From the NCBI RefSeq assembly GCF_006345805.1, contig NW_021834004.1, positions 1 to 64,000 of the forward strand: 64,000 nucleotides of DNA, written 5' to 3'. Made by a program: the position numbers and the translations under genes. A model generated the notes under the pieces. The model saw only the letters and a program-made list of their open reading frames with translations, was not told where the DNA came from and made no database searches. Source of the stretch: Octopus sinensis (lineage: Eukaryota). The first letter of the stretch is position 1. Each line of letters starts with the position of its first letter. This document shows positions 1 to 13,900 of the stretch, in pieces.

Positions 1-975
1 CCATCAACACGGCCATCACCATGTCAACTACCACTACAATCACAGCGCGATTACCAACACCACCACCATCATTATCAATTTCCCATGACCCCTCCGTCAC
101 CACCATCATTGTTCCTACCACTGCAACCATCGCAGTCACCATCAACACCACAACCTCTACTAACACCACGATCACTTCCACACCACTCCTATACCATGTC
201 GCTACAACAACAGCTTCCCTACCACAACACAACCGTGTCGCAACTACTGCAACACTACTACCTCTACACTGTCATTACAATTATTGACGCCAACACCATA
301 ACAACAGTAAATCATTGTGGAAGCCTCGAGGTGGCCGCTTGACCTGCTAGAAACAGAAGTTAAATCTGCTTCAAATCACCCATTATCCGCATTCGATAAT
401 GTAATCCTACATACTGAAAAAATATCTGAAAAGTAAAAAATGACTTGGTGATTTTGGCTGGAACACTTTTGACATTAAATCTCTTTGAAGAAGTCTGAGC
501 TAGGGTTTAAACATCAGCAACACTGCAAACTACGTACATGACCGCAGCTCGGAACATCAACGCCAGATCTAGCCTGTCCCATTCTTGACCCAGCGAAGCG
601 TCGACGATTTGTGTGATGGAAAAAGAGAGGACACCGCTCGAACAGTCGGCTCGGCTGGAAGTCATTTTCAGCTTGGTAGACCGGTGCAGTCCGAAAGGAC
701 GTGTCTTGCTCAGGGACACAATGCGCTGCTTGAGCTAAGAACAAGATACACGTCCACCAAGCTAAACACATTCATATGATATATATATATATACGGTGTA
801 GACGAAGCAGAGGCGGCTGAAGAAGGGGAATTTTCCTTGTGTTGTATGTCCTGTAATCTGTTTTTCCGTTGTTTAAAAAATGTCCGTTTCCTTCGTTTGG
901 TTTTTATGTTTTCGTTTCTCATTGTGTTCGACGTTTCTTTTGGTGTCCTGTACCCCTATATGCATGTATATGTAC

Positions 976-1012
<37 letters not shown>

Positions 1013-1017
1013 ATATA

Positions 1018-1064
<47 letters not shown>

Positions 1065-1141
1065 CATATATATATTATATATATATATATATATGTATAT
1101 ATATGTGTGTTGTGTGTGTGTATGTATGTATACACATACAT

Positions 1142-1323
1142 AGGAGTGGCTGCGTGGTGAGTAGCTTGCTTACCAGCCACATTGTTCCGGGTCCAGTCCC
1201 ACTACGTTGGAACCTTCGGCAAGAGTCTTCTATTAGAGCTTCGGGTCCACCAAGGCCTTGTGAGTGGATTTGGTAGACGGAAACTGAAAGAAGCTCGTCC
1301 TATATATCTATATATCTATATAT

Positions 1324-1366
<43 letters not shown>

Positions 1367-1677
1367 ATATATAATATATATATATGCATGCATATATGTA
1401 TGTATGCATGTATGTATTGTATATATGTATGTATGTATGTAATGTACGTATGTATGAGTGTGTATGTTTGTGTGTCTGTGCGTTGTCCCCCCTCCCCACC
1501 AACATCGCTTGACAACCGATGCTGGTGTGTTGACGCCCCAGTAACTTAGCGTTTCGGCAAAAGAAACAGATAGAATAAGTACTAGGCTTACAAAAGATAG
1601 GTCCTGGGGTCGATTTGCTCGACTAAAGGCGGTGCTCCAGCCTGGCCGCAGTCAAATGACTGAAACAAGTAAAAGAA
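1142..1677 (+). mobile_element. tRNA-derived SINE family A (CORE-like), with internal (TA)n/(TATG)n/(TG)n microsatellite
   Basis: Head AGGAGTGGCTGCGTGGTGAG...GTCCAGTCCC with A/B-box-like motifs, body ending GAAAGAAGCTCGTC, a microsatellite, then a 3' half ending GACTGAAACAAGTAAAAGA. The same layout recurs five more times in the window. Confidence 0.85.
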
Positions 1678-2041
1678 TACACACATACATACGCATACAT
1701 ACATACATACATACATACATACATACATACATACATACATACATACATACATACACGGCACTGCCGAGATGCCGAAACCGTAGTGATATCCGTTCGAGAA
1801 TAGATGATGAGGATATATGTTTGGTATGCTTGTTGAGTGTGAATAGCTTAATTCTACGTTGCCCTTCATTCTCCTTAAGATTGAACTCGTCAGAAGGTTC
1901 GTCGTTTGTGATACTTTCTTCTTTGCATTATTACAGATGCTGATATTGCATGATCGTCTTCATTGGTAGTCTTATCAGGGTGGATAAATCTGAGAGGTTT
2001 TTTTTACATTGGTGGTGCTTGTGATATATATATATATGTGT

Positions 2042-2210
2042 CGTTGCGTTCTGAGTTTAAATTCCGCCGAGGTCGACTTTGCCTTTCATCCTTTCGGGGT
2101 CGATAAATTAAGTACCAGTTACGCACTGGGGTCGATGTAATCGACTTAATCCCTTTGTCTGTCCTTGTTTGTCCCCTCTATGTTTAGCCCCTTGTGGGCA
2201 ATAAAGAAAC
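2042..2210 (+). mobile_element. SINE family C (Meta-domain-like), 5'-truncated
   Basis: Core GTCGACTTTGCCTTTCATCCTTTCGGGGTCGATAAATTAAGTACC and tail ...TTGTGGGCAATAAAGAAA, matching the copy at 41590. Confidence 0.85.
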
Positions 2211-2212
2211 AG

Positions 2213-2286
<74 letters not shown>

Positions 2287-2733
2287 GTATGTGCGTGTGT
2301 GTGTGTGTGTGTGAGTGTGTGTAAGTTTCAGCGCGCATGCGCCCAAATACACAGATACACTCACACACGTATTCATGTTGTTACTCAGTCGCATGTTTGC
2401 TCACTCGCAATTTCGCACATATGCATTAACAGACGCATGCATAAATAGGTTTCTTTGCACACACACACACACACACACACATATATACACATGCACGCGC
2501 GCACACGCACACACCTACACACACTCGAGCACACACACACACACAAACACACACGCACACGCACCCACACATACATGTCAACCTCTGCTGATGTCACTTA
2601 GCAACCAATGATATAAGACCAACACACTCAAACAGGCTCCTTACTGCAATTCGATCATAATCACAACTTAATCTCCAATAAAGGGATAATCGCTTAGCCG
2701 GCTACTAACATCACAGGATAGAGATAATGTACC

Positions 2734-2747
2734 GTTTCCATAGTAAC
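2734..2747. promoter_or_regulatory. RFX X-box-like motif
   Basis: GTTTCCATAGTAAC fits the X-box consensus GTTNCCATRGNAAC. It lies in non-repetitive sequence, with no linked gene identified. Confidence 0.3.
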
Positions 2748-3278
2748 CCAACATATCAAGTACCCCCATAATGCATCAGTCACGCTAGGCTTTAGTTCCC
2801 AGTGAGCAGTACCGCCATTCTGCTTTGTATTGATTTTGGAATTAGTAAAAAATAGAATACAATAAATGGGGAAAAAAAACATGAAATAAAAGCAAGATGA
2901 GAAATTCCCTCAGGGCGCGTGGATCTCAGTGGTTAGTAGAATAACTATTAGACGTCCCTAACGACTTTTCTAGAAGATAGGATTAAAGTCTTTGGAACTC
3001 CAAAATTACGTGTACTTAGACGGTTCGGTTGCAGTAATTTATTACCAATAGTTTAATTCAATGTAATTATACACGACTTGTAGAACGAGAAAATTAAGAA
3101 CATTTATTTCGTGGGATTTGAACCAGTATATTTAAATAGCCAGATTTTCAACAATAAAACCGCTGGACCAACGAAACTACACTAGAATATTGAAAGTCTC
3201 ATTCATGGACTTTGTAGAAAAATCGGGAAATACAATGGCAAGTTAAATATTTCTTAGAAACAACTCAACTACGCTACC

Positions 3279-3520
3279 TATTTCTTTACTACCCACAAGG
3301 GGCTACACACAGAGGGGACAAACAAAGACGGACAAACGGATTAAGTCGATTATATCGACCCCAGTGCGTAACTGGTACTTAATTTGTTGACCCTGAAAGG
3401 ATGAAAGGATGAAAGGCAAAGTCGACCTAGGCGGAATTTGAACTCAGAACGTAACGGCAGACGAAATACGGCTACGCATTTTGCCCGGCGTGCTAACGTT
3501 TCTGCCAGCTCGCCACCTTT
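3279..3520 (-). mobile_element. SINE family C, full length with TSD
   Basis: Matches family C and is flanked by the 17-bp direct repeat AACTCAACTACGCTACC (3262-3278 and 3521-3537). Confidence 0.92.
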
Positions 3521-4199
3521 AACTCAACTACGCTACCCTCATTTCGTACAATCTTACAATTTGATGCGTTACTTTCCAAAGTATTGAACAGTCAGCATGT
3601 CTGTCTTTATTTTATGTATTTTGTTACAAATATTTAAACCTATTAAAGTTATTGTTGTCGTTGTTTATAAGGCTCAAACAATGCATCGGTGGATTGTTTC
3701 TCATGCTGGTGATCGGAAATTCCAATAAAACGTTTATCATTTTGTTTGTTTTGGGTTATAGGATGGTTCAGTATTCAACTATTTCCTTCTGTGTGGGGGC
3801 AGGGGGGGAGCATTTTTTAAATCTTTAAACTGTCATGTTTCATCAAATTTTATTTACAAGATATATTTAATTGCTAATTTGCAAATCATTATGTCGATAA
3901 ATAGATTAGATCGTTACGAATATTTTTTTGCTAATTGTCTACTTTGTTACATAGTTTCTACACACGAAACAACTCTTTCCAGTGCCTGAATTTTTGAAAG
4001 GAGGGGCTGGTCAACGACATCGACCTAGTATTTCACTGGTACATTATTTTATCGCTCACAAAATTATGAAAGGCAATGATGACCTAGGCAGTATTTGAAC
4101 TCAAAATGTAAAGTGTCGGAAAGAATGCCGCCAAGCATTTTGTTCGATGCGCTTACGATTCAGTTACATTGCTGCCTTAATTGGTCTGAAATAATGGCA

Positions 4200-5830
4200 A
4201 TAACGACAAGACGCGTTAGACGGAAATATTCTGAAGTTCATAAGAATTAAGATTTATTTATCAAGAAAAAAGAGGGCTGAATGGATGTTCTACAAAATGT
4301 GACTTGTTTTAATATTTGAGGCAATTGTTCCCTGAAACAAAATAAATTCGAATCACATCTGGAAAGTATCGCTCTAACTTAGTTTTTTAAAGACTGATTA
4401 TCTCTGAGGCGGCAACGCCTCAACACAAAAGAGACATTTAATGAAAGGTCAAGTAACGTTAGGCATGCCTCCTATAAGCCAAGAAACGTCATTTAATTGT
4501 AGAATAACTTATTTTACTCTGTCCAAAAGAAATGAAGTTGTATGCTGTTGGTGAAAAAGTAGCAGCAAGGAAGTCAATGTGTCTATCACCAACGACACGA
4601 TAGATTCCTACAAATGCCAGGAAACTTATGTCACTAGGCTGTAAGTGAAGTCTCCGACCAGACAGGTGATCAGATCGTTTGATGTTTCAATGTCCTGTCG
4701 ACTAGTAGTGTTTATATGACTTTGACGGAGATTTTGTGAGACTACATAAATGCCAACAAAAACTCAAGCTATGTTGGAAATAGTTAACATTACAACTTAA
4801 GTGGATTGTCTCAAACGGAATAATCTTGTTGGTGTTAGATTTGATGGTACATCTGTCATACTGGATACATTAATGGAAGAGCATACTCCAGTGTTACGCT
4901 GTCTCCATTCTTTTATTTAAATTGGGGGATAGACACCAAAAATCAAACGTAAAATAACTGAAAACAGCCACTTGGTGAAGCTGATCAAATGTGTCGAATC
5001 ATCGGCTTCTAATACTAAACTCTTCAAACACCTTCGACAAGACTAAACATGGATTCTGATTTGGTTATGTTGTTGTTATAAACTTTTGCTCGCTGGTTGT
5101 CACCAGTAAAAGTAGCCAGTCAGGCTTTCAAATTGAAGCAATAACGGGAGTCATTACTCCACGACGAAAATCAAAATGAATACTAAAATATCCTAAATCA
5201 CTGAAAATGTGGAACTTCTAAATCCAGTGGCTATATTCGGAATTTTAAACAGGCTGAATATTCAGTTACAAGGAAAAGGTGCAAATTTGGTCTTTTATCA
5301 AGCCGTAATCAGAGCGTTTCTTGAAATGTTCAAATTCTGCATTCTGCGATATGAAGATATAAATTTCGTTCAAACGTCATGTCATAATGCAATGTCTAGA
5401 AAAGAAAAAAAAAACGGAGTGTATTCGAAATGAAATCAACATTAAAAGGAAAAACAAACTCTTTGATGAAATCAAATATGATTTCCCGGCTTTGGACATG
5501 ATAATGAATGAGTAATCCATCACCAGATATACTTTTACTTCAAATATGACCGCTGCTCAATCATTTGCTCAAGCATTCCACTGCAAGTGAAATGTTTTTG
5601 GCGAGCATGTATATAAGCGTAATACAAAAATCTCTCAACGCATGCATTAAGATGTCTTCTGCCATTTGCATCAACTTACATGTGTGAAAGTGGTTTTCCA
5701 TGCTTCATGCAAATTAAATCCAAACAGAGAATCTTCTTACAGTTTAAAACGATATTCGTTGTGCACTTTCAAGTACCACAGCAAACATTGAAACTTTCGT
5801 CAACGTTAAAAGAATTCAAAGATCATCTTT
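4200..5830 (+). pseudogene. Degenerate hAT transposase (Buster/Charlie, SCAND3/ZBED-like)
   Basis: Broken frames give LKQNKFESHLES (BED region, cf. MKPNKLKRHL), IFGILNRLNIQLQGK and TYMCESGFPCFMQIKSKQR (dimerisation motif, cf. TYLCESGFS...KTKQR). Many stops; ends approximate. Confidence 0.75.
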
Positions 5831-6003
5831 TAGTGAAAACACTGACAACAAATACAATTTATACACTCGACAGTTGGTCTATCTTGTTTTCTTCTCAATA
5901 GAATCATCGAAATAATTTCTTTTTGTCGCTTTACTTTTATTATAGAAATGTGTGTTAAAAACGTACATACCATAAATGCACACGCACAACACACACACCA
6001 CAC

Positions 6004-6044
<41 letters not shown>

Positions 6045-6449
6045 ACATACACGCACATATACATACGCATATGTGAATTACTTGCTCACTGAATTTGTAT
6101 GGAAGAAACGGAGAATTCCACAGACAGGTGTACTATTGAGGTAAACTAAAGACAATACCGCCGTGATACACTGCGTCACGTGTGACAGAATTACGCTTGT
6201 GACTGACAGTCGCAATCGATCCGAAGTGTTTGCCCCCATTTCCCACAAGCCCAGCTTCATTCTCGAGGTTTGATTCGATCAGATGCACGAGTAAAAGATA
6301 CTTATTCAAGATGCTATGCAGTAGGGTCAGCCCCGCGATTTGTATGCATGTATGTATGTATGCATTGTTATATGTATGTATGCATGTTTGTATGTATGTA
6401 TGTATACATGCATAGAGAGAGAGAAAAGGGGAGAGAGGAGATAGAATGA

Positions 6450-6889
<440 letters not shown>

Positions 6890-7688
6890 AAGAAATATGT
6901 TTTAAAGTATTTTTGTATATTCAATATTGTTTTATATCCTCAATCGAAAGTTCGTTTTCGTCACTCAAGTTCTTCTAATCTTCATGCAAGATCAAGTAGT
7001 GGCACGAAAGCAAGAATGTGAAACGATTAAAAAGGTAAATAGGAGCATGTTCCTTATTTTCAGTGGACGAATTCTGTAGTAATAAAGTCAGAATTTAACA
7101 TTTTCCGTTTCGAAGGTCGAATGTTTAGTGACAAAAATATATTTTTGATTTAACCATCCGACCGCAATCATGCACCAAATCCAACATGCAATGGAGCATG
7201 AAAAGCCTTGATACTGATGATTCAACGAGATCCAGATGATTCTGGAAGTGATTGTCTTATATACATATCACATAAAATAAGGGATTGAGAGAGGATGGGG
7301 AAATGGGATTTTCATTTTTATATCCCCCAAAAATCGAAACTTTTTCGAAATTGATTGGTTTCGTTATGGAACATTTTATAGTGCTCCAGCTGGTCATCGG
7401 TTATGTACTATTCGTGCTCTTGTAAACAGATCTCACATTGTCTCTTTGTTGTCTCATTAAAAATCCAAATGAACCTATAATGAAATTCTGAGAATTATTA
7501 GAACACAAAAAGCTCCTATTTCAATTGAGACTCTCACCATTGACTTTCAAATGGTTCCATCAAATGGCTCCTTTGCAAATCACTTCCGTGCGGTATTTAT
7601 TTTATACTGGTTATTTTCTTTTCCTTGTTTACTTTCTGTTTTTTTACGGTCAATGTTGTTATCGTAAAATTCAGACGAAGATAAACAT

Positions 7689-8060
7689 TTGCTTGAAGCG
7701 TTCCAAGACTATTTCGACTCCACGTGGATCGTGCCTGTAAGATGTGGAAGACATCGACAACCAGATTGCCAGTATGGTGTTGGAATGTATTTGAATGCGT
7801 GCAAAATAATTTGCCACATACTAAAAATACTATTGAAGTTTTGGCACAACGTATTTGCCAAACGTATTGACATTACTCATCCGACATTACGTAAACACGT
7901 ACAATAAATGAAATACTAGCAAGGTGCAAACGAGGACGTTATCCAACAACTGAGTTGGTGGTGTTCATCGCCCTCCAGAAAAATAAAGAGATTAGAAAGT
8001 TTTAAACAAATGTGCATGTAAGTGAATGTTAGACGATAATGATGAAAGGGTCATCTGCCA
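7689..8060 (+). pseudogene. MULE (Mutator-like) transposase C-terminal fragment
   Basis: Across frameshifts: DYFDSTWI...WNVFECVQNNLPHTKNTIE...WHNVFAKRIDITHPT, matching the animal MULE motif YFxxTWI...WN...LPRTNNxxEGWH...HP. Confidence 0.7.
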
Positions 8061-8138
8061 TCTTATAAAAGCGGAACAAGTAAAAAAAATGTTTAAATCT
8101 TCCCTTTCTTTAGAATTGAGTTTTGTTTTTGTTTTTTA

Positions 8139-8524
8139 TCTTTATATATAAAAGTGAAGTTGTGTGTCTGTCTCCTACGATTTAGATTCCTAACTACTCC
8201 CACGTTTTGCGGTGCAGTTTAACCAAAACCGGGTATCTTATAGTCGTGATTCATATCGAGCCCTTCTGGGTATTAGCGCGCGTCTACGATGAGTCTACGA
8301 TTTAAGAAAAAATTTACCATCATTTTTTTCCATTTTAATGCATTTTTTCGCTATTATATAAGGGAAGTAACTCTCTAAAAATGTCTACGATGAGTCAACG
8401 ATATTTAAAAAAATTTACCATCATTTTTTCCCATTTATTTGCTATCTTTTGGCTATAACTCTCTAAAAATGCTTATATAGTTATCTCCCTTACAAACCCG
8501 AGCAACGCCGGGCGATACGGCTAG
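8139..8524 (+). mobile_element. Non-autonomous Helitron
   Basis: 5' TC and 3' CTAG, inserted between A and T, subterminal hairpin CCCGAGCAACGCCGGG, no TSD. A second copy lies at 58958. Confidence 0.85.
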
Positions 8525-9153
8525 TTTTATATAAAAAAAAAAAACTAATTCTATACTTGAAATTGTTCATTAGTTATAATTATTTTACAAAACAATATTT
8601 TTATGAAATTTACCGATGTAAATTTGTTTTGATTCATACTAGCTAACTGCTATCTATTGACATTTAGTCAATATCTCCAATCTATATCCGTCGTTTTATA
8701 TGATAGATTAGTCTATATTTCAAATTGTTCTATAGTTATAAATATTTTACGAAATAGTACTACTACAAAAACCAGCCTTTGAAAAATATAGGAAAATTCT
8801 TCTTTGGCCGATCGATGAGAAGCCGTTTGGGTAAAATTGTCGTTTCGATTTTTAAAAAATCGTCCGATTAAGAGTCATTCAACAAAAAGGTCGCGGTAGG
8901 AGCGAGCACGTAGGTGCACCTACATTTGCCGTGAGGCATTTAAAGGACTTCTCGGTGTTATCTCGTGAATACTCTGCTTTTGTGCAGAAATGAGATCAGA
9001 CTTAAGTTCACATCAAAGTGGCCCCAAGATACATTCCTTTGAACAGATATCATTAATACTTATACGTGTGTGAATGTATGCATGCGTGTGTGTATATATG
9101 TGTGTGTGTATGTGTGTGTAATATAATATAATATATTTTATTATAATTTATAT

Positions 9154-9314
<161 letters not shown>

Positions 9315-10603
9315 CGTTTCTTTATTGGCCACACAGGGCTACACACAGATGGGACAAATTACAAGGTAGAGCTTTTCTTTTGGGGGTGAAAAAAAAAAGT
9401 GGCGTAGGTGTTCGATCAAAAGGGATCGTAAAAGGGAAAAAAGAAAAAAAAGGAAAAGAAACAAAGGAAAGGAAAAAAAGAAAAAGAAGAAAAAAGAGGG
9501 AAAAAACGATGAATAGGGATCGTGTATCACAGTGTCATGATGTACGGTGTAAAGGGGGAAACAGATAAGGTTTATCCGTGAGAAGAAAAGCCTACGAAAA
9601 AGACCACGGTAAAATCGGTCAATATTGTTATATGTTACCACATTTGTTTGCAAGTGGGTAACCCTCTGTTTTCAATTTCTGGGTTCATAGGATTATGCTC
9701 AAGGTGGCTTCGTCATTCATACGTGCCATCCTTGCTACATTCACCCATCTTTTTTTAAAACATTCGCTAGACAAAACTTGCCTCTCTACTCTCACTTTCC
9801 TTTTCAAGTTTCCTTCTTCTACTTGAAGAAGTTGATGAGAGATTGCCCAGAGAGGAAAGTGTTTGTCTCCAATCCTTTCAGACGCGTCCACCAGATACAT
9901 TATTTTGCCATAGCCACAAGGATGATGAAAATAGCTCTTCCTTCCCGTTTGAAGGAAGGAGGCGTGAAAATATTGACGATAGACTCAGCTGATAAACCGA
10001 CTCGTCCCACTCGTGACAGCAATTGTTCGACATAAGCCCACAGGTTGGAAATTGTTGGACACTGCATGAGTGCGTGCAGAACGGTTTCGTCGATCTGACC
10101 GCATCTCGGGCAGGTCGGCCCCGTGTTTCTCGAGCCGTGTCTGTAGAGCTTATCCCGAACGGGTAGCGCTTCTCGGTAGCACTGCCAGGCCAGGGATCTC
10201 TGGAAGTTGTCCATGGGCCCTGGCCCGAAAGTCGTCCCGAACAGGCGGGTCAGGTATTCCTCGTCGACGTCCAGGTTCGTCCCAAGCTCGTCGTCGTACC
10301 TCCCCTCCACTTATCCCCTATAGAATGCTTGGGTTGTGATGGAGTCACTCAGGGTCGACCCGGGACGGCAAAGTTGCTTGAGAGCAACGCGACACTCGTG
10401 GTGCCATTCGCCCTTCCTCGGCCTCTTTTTGATCCACGACTGCAGTTCGGTCATGGAGACTAGCTGCGGGAAAGCGTGCCTCACAAACGGCGACCACACC
10501 TGTTCACCGTCGTCTACGAAAAGCCTGAGATGTCGCAGTCTCAGTGCGTGTCTGCGCATCATCAACCACGGCATGCCCAGTCCTCCTTTTAACGGGTGTT
10601 GAC

Positions 10604-10605
<2 letters not shown>
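9315..10605 (-). mobile_element. Tx1/L1-clade LINE, 5'-truncated copy 1
   Basis: ORF2 C-terminus: [14 protein letters not shown]...CPRCGQIDETVLHALMQC (RT-associated zinc motif), stop near 9685. The 3' UTR ends AATAAAGAAAC. Confidence 0.92.
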
Positions 10606-10675
<70 letters not shown>

Positions 10676-10705
10676 GGATGGATGGATGGATGGATGGATA
10701 GATAA

Positions 10706-10739
<34 letters not shown>

Positions 10740-10816
10740 GGACGGACGGACGGACGGACGGACAGACAGACAGATAGATAGATAGATAGGTAGATAGATA
10801 GATAGATAGATAGATT

Positions 10817-10882
<66 letters not shown>

Positions 10883-10972
10883 TAGCTAGATAGATAGATA
10901 GATAGACAGACACACAGACAGACAGATAGATAGAAAGACAGACAGACAGATAGACAGATAGACAGATAGATA
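10606..10972. repeat. (GATA)n/(GACA)n/(GATG)n compound microsatellite between Tx1 copies
   Basis: Read directly from the sequence. Confidence 0.97.
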
Positions 10973-13900
10973 ACTTTCTTTTATTAGCCACACAGGGCTG
11001 AATACAGAGGGGACAAATACAAATGCAGAGCTTTTCTTTTCGAGGTGGAAAAAAAAAAAATGTAAGATTGCGATCAAAGGGATCGAGGGAGGAAAAAAGG
11101 AAAAAAGAAAATCGTGTATCACAGAAATAATGGTAAACATTGATATAACAAGATTGGGTTCATCCGTGGGAAGAAAAGACTACAGAAAAGACCACGGGAA
11201 CCCCAGTCAGGGAGGAAATAAACACATGAGGTCAAAAATGCTCTCTTTCTTTCTTTTTTACGATCTACAGGATCATGCTCAAAATGGTTTCGTTACTAGC
11301 ACGCACCATCTTTGCAACATTCACCCATCTTTTTTTGAATCTTTCGCGAGACAAAACTTCCCTCTCCATTCTCACCTTCCTTTTCAAGTGGTACTTGAAA
11401 AAGTTGATGAGCGATTGGCCAGAGAGGTAAGTGTTTGTCTCTAATCCTTTCGCTCGAGTCCACCACACCACATTCTTTCACCATGGCCACCAGTACGATG
11501 AAAACTGCCTTGCCTTCCCGGTTGAGGGAAGGGGGCGGAGCAATTCTCACGATAGACTCGGCCGATAGGCGGATTCGTCCCACACGTGACAGCAGCCGTT
11601 CGGCATAAGCCCACAGGTCGGAAATGGTTGGACATTGCACGAGTGCGTGCAGAACGGTTTCGTCGCTCTGACCGCATCTCGGGCAAGTCGGTCCAGTGTG
11701 TCTGGAACCGTGTCTGTAGAGCTTATCCCGAACAGGTAATGCTTCTCGATAGCACTGCCAGGCCAGAGATCTTTGGTGATTGTTCATAGGTCCCGGCCCG
11801 AAAGTTGTCCTGAACAGGCGGGTCAGGTGTTCCTCGTCGACGCCCAGACTCTGCCCGAGTTCGTCGTCGCACCTCCCCTCCACTAATCCTCTATAGAATG
11901 CTTTGTTGTGATGGAGTCGCACAAGTTCGATCCCGGACGGCAGAGTTGCTTGAGAGCAACGCGACACTCGCGGTGCCATTCGCCTAGCCTCGGTCTCTCT
12001 GCTTGATCCATGACTGTAGTTCGTCCAAGGAGACGAGCTGCGGGAAAGCGCGCCGCACAAAAGGCGACCACCCCTGTTCACCGTTGTCTATGAAGCGCCG
12101 GAGATGTCGCAGTCTCAGCGCATGTCTGCGCATCATCAACCACGGCATGCCCAGCCCTCCATTTAGCGGGTGTTGGCAGCAAATGGATCGCCTAACCATC
12201 GGAACGTTTCCCTTCCACAAGAAGCGGAAGAGTATGCGTTCCAGTTTGGTGATGGTAGGGTCGGGACAAGGCACGACGGTCAGACGATACTCGATGACGG
12301 ATGCGATGTACGCGTTCGCCACCTCCGCCCGACCTTTTAGCGATAGCTTTCTCTCAGTCCATTTCTGGGTGAGAGAAGCCACCCTAGTCGTTATCTCGCC
12401 CCAGTTCTTCTCCATTTGGAGGTCCGGACCGAACCAGACCCCGAGCAATTTAACCGGTCCGTCCGTCCAGCGTCCCACGATGGAGACGCTGTTGGACGGC
12501 ATGGGCTTGCTTCTCCAGGTGCCGAGCCGCAAGCCCACTGACTTTTCCCGGTTAATTTTTGCTCCCGTTACCGCTTCGTATTCTTTCAGTGTCTCGCCGA
12601 CCAGCTCGATGTGCTCGTAGCTCGACACTATGACGGTGACGTCATCCGCGTATGCAGACAGCTCATCCCGCATCCCAGCTCTCGTGGGATGCCCCTCAGC
12701 GTCGCCAGTTTCCGCAGTAGTGGCTCAGAGTCAGTACATACAGCAGCGATGAGAGGGGGCATCCCTGACGACCGAACGCATGATGTTAAAAGGTCTGGAT
12801 AGATGACCATTTACGCGAACTACTGAGCGGATGCCGCTGTATAAGGCAGCGATCCAACCGCGGAAAACTGGACCGAAACCAGCCGCTTTGAGGACAGCCT
12901 CCAAGTAGTGATGGTCTATACCCTATCGAAGGCTTTTGATTGATCCAAATTGATCAGCGCCCCACCCATGCCAGGATTTTAACTACCCGTCTATGATGTA
13001 GCGCCATCAGATGGAGGTTGTCATGAATAACTTCTCTACCCGCACGGCGCATGTTTGCGCCTTGTCGATTAGTTTCTTGATGACAAGCGCCAACCTCTCG
13101 GCTAACACCTTGGCCAAAATTTTCAAATCTGCGTTCAGCAGAGTGATGGGCCTGAAATTATCTATGACGTCCCCCTTGTTTGGGTCTTTCTTGATCAGTG
13201 CCACTGCTCCTCGCTTTACAAAAGCAGAATACTCCCGTTCTGCTGCCAGTTGCAGTAGACAGCTGCCAAGACGCCTCCAAACAAGTCTGGCATATGGAAA
13301 TAAAATTCGTAGGGCAGACCATCCAAGCCTGGTGACTTGTCTCTCGCGCAGCCTACCATCGCATCCCTGTACATCCGCAGCTGTGATAGGCTTTTCACAA
13401 GACTCCACCTCCCTTGCTGAGAGTCGTGGCAAGGCATGCAGGTAGGCACTAAAGTCCACTCTGCTTTCTGACTCACCACTTGTCCCAAACAGTTGGGTGA
13501 AGTGTTGTTGAAAACCCCCACACATCCTTTTAGGCTCGAGCAATTCGCGCCCCTGTTCATCTATAAGAGACTTGATGGTGGCTCTGTTGCCTCGTTGCGT
13601 CTCCACCACTCGGGCCTCTTGGGCGGCTCCAACTCCTTCGTTCCTCAGAGCACGCATCCTAGCTCTGACAACGCATCCCTCGTGTTTGGCGTTGAGGTGT
13701 TGGTCGAGGGCCAATCTCGCCGCCAGTACTTTGGACGCGATGCCAGTCTTAAGTGCCTCTTCTAAAACCTTAACTAATTCTCCCTCTATTCTATTTCGGT
13801 CTAATGCTAAGGCTCTACTGTATCTGGCTGATTCTGCTTTAATCGCTTTTTTTAGGGCATACCACCATCTGTTGTTGATGATGGTACCCGTCAAAGCTCT

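Noticed and set aside
1851-1897. Minus-strand CTGACGA hammerhead-like motif
   Set aside because: The second core box reads GAAG rather than GAAA, and stems I and III do not pair convincingly.
13007-13894. 295-aa ORF as an independent gene (likewise 11296-12081, 11984-12673 and 14100-14720)
   Set aside because: These are consecutive pieces of one frameshifted LINE ORF2. The antisense ORFs over them are shadows.
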